The notes beneath the pieces are model-generated. The model made no database searches. It saw only the letters and a list, made by a program, of their open reading frames with translations, and was not told the origin of the DNA. From the human T2T-CHM13v2.0 reference genome, Homo sapiens, in assembly GCF_009914755.1 (NCBI RefSeq), contig NC_060944.1: DNA of 64,000 nucleotides; one strand, written 5' to 3'. Made by a program: the position numbers and the translations under genes. Positions 13,685-24,654 of the stretch are shown here, piece by piece. Numbering within the stretch: the first letter of the stretch is position 1; each line of letters begins with the position of its first letter.

Positions 13685-13925
13685 TTTTTTGTAAAATAGC
13701 TTTATTGAGATATAACTCACATATTGAAAGTGTACAATTCAATGCCTTTTAGTATATTCAGAGTTGTATAACCATTACTACAACCAATTTTAGAACATTT
13801 TCATCACCCCAAAATGAAATCTCACACCTTTTAATCATCCCCTCCAATTCACCTATGCTCCCTTCCACCAGGGCCTTAGACAACCACAAATCCACCACAG
13901 GATTTGCCTATTCTGAACATCTCCA
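13685..13925 (-). mobile_element. L1M (L1MA/MB) 3' end
   Basis: AGCTTTATTGAGATATAACTCACATA...AGAACATTTTCATCACCCCAAAA. Confidence 0.75.
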
Positions 13926-14080
13926 AACCTGCCAAAGCTATGCCATTAAAAGGCACTACAGCAAAGAGCATCATGCAACTTGCATCACACTGGGGGCCTG
14001 GCACAGAAGTGGCGGTGGTGGCACCAGGCAGGGCCTGATCCACGGGGTCCAGGGTGACCATGTGGGTCATGCAAATGGCA

Positions 14081-14220
14081 TTACACAAATATGCCATGCT
14101 TGGCTAAGTTTTTTGTAGAAAAGGGGTTTCACCATATTGCCCAGGCTGGTCTCGAACTCCTGTTCTGCCTTGGCCTCCAAAAGTGCTGGGATTACAGGTG
14201 CAAGCCATCATACCCAGTCC
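14081..14220 (-). mobile_element. Alu fragment (left arm)
   Basis: GTAGAAAAGGGGTTTCACCATATTGCCCAGGCTGGTCTCGAACTCC. Confidence 0.85.
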
Positions 14221-14259
14221 CTTGAATACTGTTATGCAATTGTTCCCCATTTTCTGCCA

Positions 14260-14532
14260 GGTGTTGGTTTGAGGATCTATTAGGATACTAAAATGTGAGT
14301 ATACTCATGTACTATAGTTGACCCTGCAGAACCTATGGAAACGAAAAGTCAGCCCACCCTATACACAGGTTTCACATCCCATACTGTATTTTCCAACCAT
14401 GTTTCATTGTGGATGTGGAACCCTCTGATAGGGAGGGCTGACTGTATTTATTGAAAACAAAACAAAACAAAACAAGGGTTGTATTGGTGGACCCATGCAG
14501 CTCAAACCCTTGTTGTTCCCAGGTCAACTGTA
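14260..14532. mobile_element. Tigger2/MER2-family DNA transposon remnant
   Basis: Ends GGACCCATGCAGCTCAAACCCTTGTTGTTCCCAGGTCAACTGTA. Confidence 0.6.
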
Positions 14533-14599
14533 TATCCAGAGCTTATAGGAAAATACCTCTCCCAGTAACCCTGCTCACCATTTCTCTCTTAAGCTATTA

Positions 14600-14778
14600 T
14601 TATGATTAGCCACGGTTTGCTATTTAAATTTAAATTTAAATAAAAATGTGGCCTTTCAGTTATGCTAGCCACATTTAAAGTGCTCAATAGCCATATGTGG
14701 CTAATGGTTACTATTTCGGACAGCACATATTTAGAACATTCCCATCATTTCAGAAATTTTCATTGGGAACACTCTGCG
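14600..14778. mobile_element. MER3-like hAT-Charlie element
   Basis: TAGCCACATTTAAAGTGCTCAATAGCCATATGTGGCTA. Confidence 0.65.
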
Positions 14779-14914
14779 GAAAAAGGGGGCCATCATAATG
14801 TGAGTCCATCTTCTGGAAAAATCCTGGGAAGGGGACAAAGGAGGTCTGTTTGGCATTGTGTAATGGTAATTTGGTATTTAATTTTCAAAAATGTTTACCC
14901 AATTCCTATTCATC

Positions 14915-15058
14915 AGCCAGGTGTGGTGGCTCTTGCCTGTAATCCCAGCACTCTGGGAGGCCGAGGTGGGAGGACTGCTGCAGCCCAGGAGTTTGAGACC
15001 AGCCTGGGTAATAATAGGGAGATCCTATTTCTACAAAACACCAAAAACAAAACAACAA
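14915..15058 (+). mobile_element. Alu monomer (FLAM/AluJ left arm)
   Basis: Alu left-arm consensus plus A-rich tail. Confidence 0.85.
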
Positions 15059-15061
15059 CTT

Positions 15062-15245
15062 TGATGTTGTGGAGTCAGGACAGTCCTGGGTTAAAACCTT
15101 TGCTCTCCTTAGCTGTGTAAACCGTGGGTCTCAGCTTTCTTATCTGTTAACGGTAGGTACTTCTTCCTAGGGCTGTTTTGAGGATTAAGTGAAAGTCCAA
15201 GATTGTGTCTGGCACACAGTAGCTTCTCAGCAAATGTTTTCCTCC
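15062..15245 (+). mobile_element. MIR
   Basis: GGAGTCAGGACAGTCCTGGGTTAAA...TTGAGGATTAAGTGA. Confidence 0.6.
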
Positions 15246-15569
15246 TATGTCAGGGAATGGCTCCTTTATCCCGTTTTGGGCCCATGGGTGGCCCTGAAGG
15301 GTGGGTGCTCAGGTGTTAAGTTCTGTAGATGGCATATCCTTGGGAAAAGCAAGGCAATTAAAAACAGTGAGAGGTTGCTCTGGTTAAGTTTTCTCCTATA
15401 ACTTTCCCCATGGGTCAATTGGGTAGAATCTGCCATTTTCCTAATACTTACTGATGGTAGTGGCATTCGGAAGCACAATAGCTGAAGCCGGAGCTCTGAG
15501 TGGAGAGAAAGGTCTGTTTCTCAGGCCCAAAAAGAGGTTACACACCCATGGCTGTCCAGTTTGGTGGTG

Positions 15570-15850
15570 CAGGCCCTGAAATCAGACCAAACTGGATTTA
15601 AATCCCCAAACCTATACTCTAAGCTATGTGACCTTGGGCTAGATACTTCACCTCTCTGGCCTTATGAAGTAGGAATAATAATAATACCGTCTAGGTTGTT
15701 AGGAGTATTAAATGAGGTAAAGCACTGAAAACGTTTAGGGACTGTGTTAAATCATTAAATAAATAAAAACGGGGATGACCTTATCGGCTTGACACAGGGG
15801 ATTAAATGAGATAATATATGAAGACAAGTACACGGCAAATGCTTAATTAA
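15570..15850 (+). mobile_element. MIR fragments
   Basis: CTATGTGACCTTGGGC...ACTTCACCTCTCTG; GGATTAAATGAGATAAT. Confidence 0.6.
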
Positions 15851-15999
15851 TGTTGCTTATTTTTATGTCTGCAAACTGACTTAAAGGGGAGGCCTTTAAG
15901 AAAGACAGTGGGGCAATTTGCGCGTTGATGCATTGTAGGAGAAAATGTGCAGGGGGCCCGTTGGGACCAGAGTTCAACCAGGTAAGCGGCAGAAAACCA

Positions 16000-16700
16000 C
16001 AAATACCTCCAGGCGTTCCTGGGGCAGCGCCGCCTCCCCAAAATCACGCAAAACTTGGTTTGCTAAGAATTGTCAGCTCTTCTAAAGGAGGCGCTTCACG
16101 CATCTCAGTCTGTGAAATGGGACCCAGGACCCAGGTAGAGGTGCGTTCTCGGCCTGGGGACCGAGTATTTTGTGCGCTCCGGTAACGCAGGAAGACAGCG
16201 CCACTGACACTCTAGAGACCAGCGGGCACCGCCTGGAGGCGCCTTCACCACTTGGCGGTTCCGGGTCCGCGCCCCACCGCGCCACAAGACTCACGCCCGA
16301 ACCACGTGATCAGGGCCGTGGCTCCGCCCCGCTCCCGCGCCGCGCGCCGCTTCCGGTAGGGGCGGAAAGCGGAAGTGTGGGAGGGTCTGCGGGGCGGGCT
16401 CAGGAGGTCCGCGGGAGGATGGAGCAGTGAGCGGGTCTGGGCGGCTGCTGGCAGCGCCATGGAGACGGTACAGCTGAGGAACCCGCCGCGCCGGTGAGGG
16501 GCCACTGGCTAAGAGGACGGGCATGGGGTCAGGGGAAGAAAAGGCGGGAACTGGTTGAGGGGATACACCTGTGTGGGAGTCCCCGGAGCTAAGCGACCCA
16601 GCCGATGGGGCACCTGCTGAGTGAGGGGGGGGACGTCTGGTGGGTGAGGGTCCGGCTGAGGGGAGCATCTGCTAAGGAGGTTAGACTTGGGACCGGTTAG
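16000..16700. promoter_or_regulatory. STK4: STK4 CpG island/bidirectional promoter with E-box CACGTG (16303-16308), ETS/GABP sites (CTTCCGG 16350-16356, GCGGAAGTG 16369-16377) and GC boxes
   Basis: CpG-rich, no obvious TATA box, motifs seen directly upstream of the ATG. Confidence 0.85.
16459..16493 (+). CDS. STK4: STK4 (MST1) coding exon 1 (METVQLRNPPRR)
   Basis: GCCATGG Kozak; donor CG|GTGAG; 35 nt. Confidence 0.97.
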
Positions 16701-17993
16701 AGGGAGCACTCGCTGTGGTGAGACTGTGCTGAGGAACGTGGGGACAAGTTAGGGAGAGTACCTGCTGAGGCCGGGCCACTCGGGGGAACGCTATCCAAGC
16801 AGGGACTCACGGAGGTGGGGGCGAATGCTGAAGCAGGGTGAGAATCTGTGAGGGATCTCTTTAAGGGGGTGGATCGAGAACTGGCCAAGAGGAAGGCCGG
16901 GTGGACTTTCTAAGGGTCTGAAGTCCCACTTGAGGGGTGCGGTGGGGGGATCTGTGGAGGGGAAAAGCTTTGCGCCTAAGGCTGAAAGCATGCGAGGAAA
17001 GGTTGAGGGTCTAGCAAGGGAGGGGATGGTGGAGGGTAGCATTTCAGAGGATGCTGTTGGTGGTGTCCCCACTGTAGGATGGCATCTTTTATTACTGATG
17101 TTCAGTGTCTTCCTAATGGTCTTCACATCCTCCTCAGCTCTTCAGAACCTGACATTGGGAGGTAGGTAAGGAAATAAGAGGATATTTTCGAGATGGGGAG
17201 ACTGAGGTCCAGAGTAGTTGGGAAGTGTTTCCTTCTTTACTCCGGGTCACTGAACCCTGCCAGACTGTGCCCTTTTCAGGCCTCAGTTGTTTTGTGAATA
17301 TCAGCACCAAATCCTAGTGGTACCTGGAATTGCTTTAGTTCAAGATCAGGATGGTGGCTGATCCTAGAAAATCTCAACTCCTGGATTTCCCTTGTGGACA
17401 TCCCGGGTCTTTTGCCACTCTACCACATCTGGAGAAAAGTAGGGACTAGAGACCGAAGGAGTCATGCTTCTCTGAGGTTCAGTGTGGTTACTTCTATTTC
17501 ACAGAGACGTCTGACTTCCTGCAGCAGAATGAGCTCTAAAGAAGGAAGTGTTCAGGGTGTGGAAGTGCAGGGCAACCAAGAGGTGGAAGAGAAGGGATTG
17601 ACTGCCTGGGCAGCACTCTTAGGGGTTGTTTGAGCTTGGGGATGTTTGAGGTGCACAAACATTGCAGAAGGCAAATAGGTGGTTGGGATGGGCTTTGGAT
17701 TCACCCTAGCGTAGTGTGCTGAGACTGTAATAGTAATGATTATTACACTCATATTGCACTTACCGGGTGCCAGGCACTGTTCTAAGTGCTTTCCATGTGT
17801 CCTGCTGAAGCATATGAAATTGCTGATATTTGACCATTTTTGAACCATAAAAACCTCATTTGAACTCATTTGAACCTCACAACAATCCTGTGTGGTAGAT
17901 ATCCCTATATGTCTGTTTTACAGATGATAAAACTGAGATACAGAGGGTAGTGATTTGCTGGGAGAAGTCATAGCAAGTAAGAGACAGAGCTAG

Positions 17994-18327
<334 letters not shown>

Positions 18328-18751
18328 ATGCTCTTAACTGCCTCACTCTGATGCCTCTCTAAAAGTACCCCTGTTTCACAGGTCTCTGTGTATGTTAGCA
18401 GATATTTACTATAGTACCATAGTGATCCAATTATGAATGCACACTAGTTATGTTTCTTTCTGAACTATGTTCGTTCGTTCTTCTTGGTTTCTTTCTCCGA
18501 GGCCTTGGTTTAATTGAAAAGAGGATTAGGAATCTGAGTTTTGTTTCCCCCTTTGCCTTGTCTTACATAATCTTGAGCAAAGGACTAAAGTTTCTTGGCA
18601 TGCTCATTCCTGTACCTTTTGGATTTTAAAAAATGTATTAAAAGCACAAGAGAAGAGCATTGCAGGACTGGGTTCTGAAGTGGCTGGTGATTCCCAGCTC
18701 ATTGTAACTAGTAGATTGCCTAATTTGAAGCAGATCAATTTTATTATCACG

Positions 18752-19120
18752 TGTATCAGTTTATCAGGACAAGACAAAGTGTCATGGAGTGGGTGGTTTA
18801 AGCAACGTAAATTTATTCTCTCACTGTTCTGAAGGCTAGAGATCTGAAATCAAGGCATTGTCAGAGTTGTTTCTTTTGACGCCTTTGCTTGACTCGTAGA
18901 TGGCCATCTCCCTGTGTCTCCATGTTCTTCCTTCTGTACCTGTCAGTGTCCTAATCTCCTCTTATAAGGACACCAGTCATACTGGATTAGGGCATGCCCA
19001 TATGACCTCATTTTATCTTAATTACCTCTTTAAAGGCCTTGTCTCCAAATACAGTCACATTCTTAGGTGGTGGGTATTAGGACTTCAGCATATGAATTGG
19101 GGTAAGCTGGGGACACAGTT
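18752..19120 (-). mobile_element. MLT1B/C-type MaLR LTR
   Basis: AAATTTATTCTCTCACTGTTCTG...CTTATAAGGACACCAGTCATACTGGATTAGGG...CCAAATACAGTCACATTC. Confidence 0.75.
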
Positions 19121-20018
19121 TTATTATGTAAGATTTTGTCCATTTATCATGTATAGTTGTTGTAATCCATATCAAATTCTGTGTGGAAAAAGAAATAGTT
19201 ACACATAAAATGAACTTTATGGGAGTTCTGAAATGGGAGAAAGCTTTGAGAATTAGCCAGACCTGTAAGTGACTACTTCATAGACACCATTACTTGTGTT
19301 TGGAAAGATACAGGTGTCTTTTCAGAAATTCAGATGGCATGTGTTTCCAATAACCCCAGTGCAGGAAATGCCCTTTGTGTTCGTGAGTTTGACATTTGTG
19401 TGTCTGTGTGATTAAGTGAATGATGACAGATTGGTGTCTCATATAGGAGTTAATAATTTTAAAAAATGAGTTGCCATTAGATTAATGTTATAGTGGAAGG
19501 CGTAGAGTGCATTCCTGGGATGCTGGCCATCCACATGGCCATCTGACTTAGGAGAGGAGCATCCACCAGTATTTGGTCCATGGATGCTCTGTTGATCAGG
19601 CTTGTTCATTTATGAGCAAGTGCTGAAACCGTCTGGAACCTGGGGAAGTCCCAGATAAGAGAACTGTATTATCAGAGTCAGGCTGTTTTGGTAATAGTGT
19701 TTTTTCTGTGAAGAGTCATGGTATAAAATATTATTATGAATCACTTATCAAAATATTTTTATAGAAATGTTGATAATTCAGTAATACTTCTTAGGTGAAA
19801 TTCTGTTTTATTGTGATAATTCAAAGATTGCTGATGAAATTCGTGATTCCCATCATTACATTTGTGAATCCATTTCACAAATATATTTTGACCACCTCTT
19901 GGTTATCAGGCACCAGAGATGTAATAGCGCCTTAAGTTCAAGTTGTTTTTAATAGCCCCGGATCAAAAACAAACAAAAAAGCACTTAGATTGTTTCAAAG
20001 ATGTATTCGAGCCGTCAT

Positions 20019-20149
20019 ATGCTAAATGACGAGTTAATGGGTGCAGCACACCAGCATGGCACATGTATACATATGTAACTAACCTGCACATTGTGCACAT
20101 GTACCCTAAAACTTAAAGTATAATAATAATTAAAAAAAAAGAAAAAAAA
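20019..20149 (+). mobile_element. Young L1PA (L1PA2/3-like) extreme 3' end with poly(A)
   Basis: GCTAAATGACGAGTTAATGGGTGCAGCACACCAGCATGGCACATG...CTTAAAGTATAATAA; GAG rather than the Ta-diagnostic ACA. Confidence 0.9.
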
Positions 20150-20781
20150 GTTTGTCAAAGTATTATCAGAGGTTTGCAGCTGTCTATCTCAAGGCAGTGG
20201 CAATTTCCTTTGTTATGCTGTGGTCCCTGAAGTAGTTGAAATAGTGACTTTTGCATTTTGTAAACCACAGAGAGTCAACACTTCAAAGAAACATACTTGA
20301 TCTTCCTTTGTATAAGCTGTTTATACAACTTTGATTATACTTGAGAAGTGAGGTATTGTCCAATGTTTATACAATTACAATTCAGGACTTTACCAAAAAA
20401 ACCCTGGCATATGAGATGTTCGTTCTGACTTCTGAGTTTATAGAAGTTTCAGTTCTGAAGTTTAAGAGGAGTTTCACTTCATCCCTTTTCATTTTGAAGG
20501 TAGGAGTTTTTATGATGTCATTGGTATTTAATTTTTAGGACCTTTTGATTTTCAAAGGTCACTGTGATCATTTTGTTCTGTTGATATCAAGTTAAGGCAG
20601 TTTTGACTTGGAGCAGTTCTCCATTTCTCTAGTTTATAGTCCTTGATATTCATAAACTATAAGATTGTCCTTCTGAGATCAGTGTTTATTGGTAGATACA
20701 CTTGATGTGGTCAGGGTTTTTGTTGGTTTGTTTTATTTTTTGTCTTCTAATTTTAATCTGTTTTATTTAGGAAGGTACACA

Positions 20782-20783
<2 letters not shown>

Positions 20784-20815
<32 letters not shown>

Positions 20816-20820
20816 TGTAT
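20784..20820. repeat. (TG)12 plus imperfect extension
   Basis: Seen directly. Confidence 0.95.
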
Positions 20821-20976
20821 TTAAGTCTTTTGTTGTAATAATTGATATTATCCAGCTAGTCTAAACCTTTTTTTTTCTACAAAGAGGTCTCCAGTGTGAC
20901 TACTTCCATATTTCACCGTTTCCTCAGCTCTCTATTCTTTGTTGTTCTTTGTAGTTTCAGGAAGCCATTGTGTAGA

Positions 20977-20978
<2 letters not shown>

Positions 20979-21011
<33 letters not shown>
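20979..21011. repeat. (AC)16
   Basis: Seen directly. Confidence 0.95.
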
Positions 21012-21014
<3 letters not shown>

Positions 21015-21551
21015 TCCTTGGCAAGTTCCTTCTTTAAGCTCATTAGTAATTTTCAGAGATCTCAGAGTTTTAAAAAAATGTTAATTTATAACCTCCCATG
21101 TTTGTTATGATTGTCTAGCATAGTCAGAAATCTGAATTATCTGGAAATTGTGAGCAGCCAAGTACCTTTGATTTTTGGGACTAGTCAAAGGTATGTATCT
21201 ACTCATAGGAAGGTCTTTGTGAGAATATCTGAAACTCACAGCTGCCTAGTGATTTTTCACTTTTGATCATATCTAAATGTACACTTTCCACTTTCTGTTT
21301 CTGTGATACCTACAGAATTTATGTGTTTTGACAAACTTACAAAAAACTTGCTAATGGAAGAGCAAAGGTTTCCCGTGTCTTCCTTAGTCTGCAGTCCAAT
21401 TCATAGTTATGTTTCAATTCATAGTTACCTTACATTAAACACCTTTTCTGAAGAGATAATTACATCATTTTAATTCATGAAATCTCAAGATTTAAATAGA
21501 TTTTGAAGGATACATCGAATGCTTGAATCTACAGCATTTCAGCCACATGAC

Positions 21552-21817
21552 TTTTTTTTTTTTTTTTTTTTTTTTGAGACAGTCTCTCTCTGTCACCCAA
21601 GCTTGAGCGTAGTGGCGCAATTTCGGTTCACTGCAAACTCTGCCTCCTGGGTTCACGCCATTCTTATGCTTCAGCGTCCTGAGTAGCTGGGATTACAGGC
21701 ATGCGTTACCACGCCCAGCTAATTTTTTTGTATTTTTAGTGGAGACGGGGTTTCACCATGTTAGCCAGGATGGTCTCGATCTCCTGATCTCGTGATCTGC
21801 CTGTATCGGCCTCCCAA
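21552..21817 (-). mobile_element. AluY-like, 5'-truncated
   Basis: Long T tail and Alu consensus. Confidence 0.92.
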
Positions 21818-21962
21818 GAAACCTTGTTTCTTAAAACAGTCTTAACTAGTGAAGTCTGTATAGAGAAGTTCCTGAGATGCTAATTATAAAAAAAAGATAT
21901 ATTTTATGTTCTAGTTGCTAGCAAATAAAATGTATTTTGTGTTTATATTTCTTTATTCACAG

Positions 21963-22043
21963 GCAGCTGAAAAAGTTGGATGAAGATAGTTTAACCAAAC
22001 AACCAGAAGAAGTATTTGATGTCTTAGAGAAACTTGGAGAAGG
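21963..22043 (+). CDS. STK4: STK4 exon 2 (QLKKLDEDSLTKQPEEVFDVLEKLGEG)
   Basis: CACAG| acceptor, GG|GTGAGT donor; 81 nt; start of Gly-rich loop. Confidence 0.98.
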
Positions 22044-23959
22044 GTGAGTGTAAAGAAACTATAGGTAGGTCATTGGGTCCCAGTCTTTTTCCTGCCCCAG
22101 AAGAAGCAGAAGGATATGAACCTTTCAGCATTGTTCTAGGTGGGGTGGAAGGTAAATTTACAGCTTGTGATGTCCTTCTTCGCTTTACTCCAATCCCTAT
22201 TATAGACAGATTTAGTGATTCCTGGTCTTTTTAACACGAAGAATATCTATTGTTTTCTCTTTTGTAGGATCTGTATGATTTTATCTACTTAACAGATAGC
22301 ACTAATTAGATTAAAATTCTATAAGAAACTTTTTAATTTGCTGTTCATAATTTCTGATTGGTATGCAATAACTGTTTCAATGAAAATCAATGTAATTTAG
22401 TATTTTAATATTTGCACCTTTGTGAAATATAGTAAATAAATTAAGCACTATCACCACCTTCACAGCTACTTAGGAGATCCACAATCCTGGGTTGGGAGCC
22501 AGTGGATTTCCTGAAACACAGATTTGTTAATGCGTTTATAAAATACTGATGAAATGATATTAGTAATGTGCAGTGACCATCATTGACTTTCATGATACAA
22601 TTAAGTTTACATAATTTTTATACTTTTATATATCATTTTAATTCAATCCTGTGTATTTATTCCTTCTTCTGTAATGACCAGGAAATTAAAATGTTAATGA
22701 CACCATTTCTTAAGTTTTTCTTGTTAATTTTTGAATAGGCGATACAATCATATGATTCAAAATTTAAAAAAATATTAAGACGCATACAATAAAAAAAAAA
22801 AAAAAACTGCCTCCTACCTCTCTCTGTCTCTTAGCCACCCAGAATCACCAAGGGTAGCGGCTTCTTGTGTGTCTTTCAGAGACAGGCTATGTGTGTGTGA
22901 GCGCACACTCGTGTTTGTGTGTGTGTGTGTCTGTATTTTTAATCCCTTGGGAGTATTTCTGGATCAAGGGAAGACCTGACATACTAACTTGTAAAAACAA
23001 CTACTGACTGATGACTATATGCTCTTTAAAATAATTTCCTTTATGTCATTAGATTATTTTTTGGGTTTAGTATTTTTTATGTTAGGAGACAGATTTACAA
23101 CGTTAAACCCAATCCTGGATTACATGAAATGGTTTTTTTATGATTTACCTCCTTGTAAAAAACATTAGTCATCGTCTTTTTGTAAGTTGGAAAAATACTC
23201 TTTGGAATCCAGCAAGAAATCAAGCAGAGAAGGGAAGTAAAAATGACACACCAGCTGTGCTGTGAAAAGACAAGTCCAAGATGAATCTGAAGACTGCCAG
23301 TTGACTGGCATCATTAAAGGTATGGGGAAATGACAGTCCCTCTACATCTGTTGCCTGCCATTTTCAGCTTTAGCTTGCCATCCTTGCTATTTTCCCTAAG
23401 GCAGCAAGGCTGTGACCTTTAATCTAACAATGCTCATAAGTTATACTTAGAATAAGTTCAAGACTGATAGGCATAATTGACTATGTAACTTATTTCTCTC
23501 ATTTCTAATACAGTTTGCTCTTACTACTACAATGTGAGGCTGACCTGGGTTAAAATCCTTGCTCTACTGTTTACTGGTCATAATAGACAAGTGGGCTTAA
23601 GCAAATTGCTTACTATTTTGGAGGCTCACAATCCTCATCTGTAAAGTTGGGATAATAATATATCAATTCATAGAGTTGTGTTATTACCTGAGGTAATTGG
23701 GGTAAAGTATAGTGCTTATCACAATAATAAATGTTCAGTAAGTGGCAACTATTGCTATTCTATTTTAAATGTATCAACTGAAGCATTTTCAAGACCTCAT
23801 CATGTCAAGTCTTAAAGTATTTTTAGGTGTTGTTATAGGTAGCTCTGAGCTGATTGGGTTTGTGGAATGTCAAAGGAAGACTATAGACAGAGAATATATC
23901 AGAAATATAATGTAAACAAAAAATAAGCTAATTATGATTTTTTAAATTGTATTTTATTT

Positions 23960-24099
23960 ATTTGTTTGTTTATTTATTTTTGTAGAGACGAGGTCTCACT
24001 GTGTTGCCCAGGCTGGTCTTGAACTCTTGGCCTTAAGTGATCCTCCTGCCTCAGCCTCCCAAAGTGCTAGGATTAGAGACGTGAACCACTGCACCTGGA
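23960..24099 (-). mobile_element. Alu monomer (FLAM-like)
   Basis: Left-arm consensus. Confidence 0.85.
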
Positions 24100-24315
24100 C
24101 AAATTGCGTTTTAGATCTATGGATGTCTTCTGCAAGGAATGTGGAAATTTCCCTATGAAGATATCACCAGGGAGAAAACAAAGCTTCAGATCTTTCTTCC
24201 CATACTATCACCTTATTGTTCTTCTAAATAATACCAGATTTCTGGTATTTCTTGGATTTCTGTTATTCTGACTGAATGAACCTAAGCAAGCCTCATTTAA
24301 CTAGGAATATTTTGA

Positions 24316-24654
<339 letters not shown>

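Larger units (their letters stand above)
13689..16350 (-). ncRNA. STK4-AS1: Divergent lncRNA from the STK4 promoter (STK4-AS1/STK4-DT); extent approximate
   Basis: Recalled annotation of a divergent transcript at this locus; consistent with a bidirectional CpG island and a minus-strand AATAAA at 13701-13706. Exon structure cannot be derived from sequence alone. Confidence 0.45.

Noticed and set aside
15925-17169. ORFs around the STK4 promoter, including a possible STK4-AS1 peptide
   Set aside because: No recognisable domain; expected by chance in GC-rich sequence.
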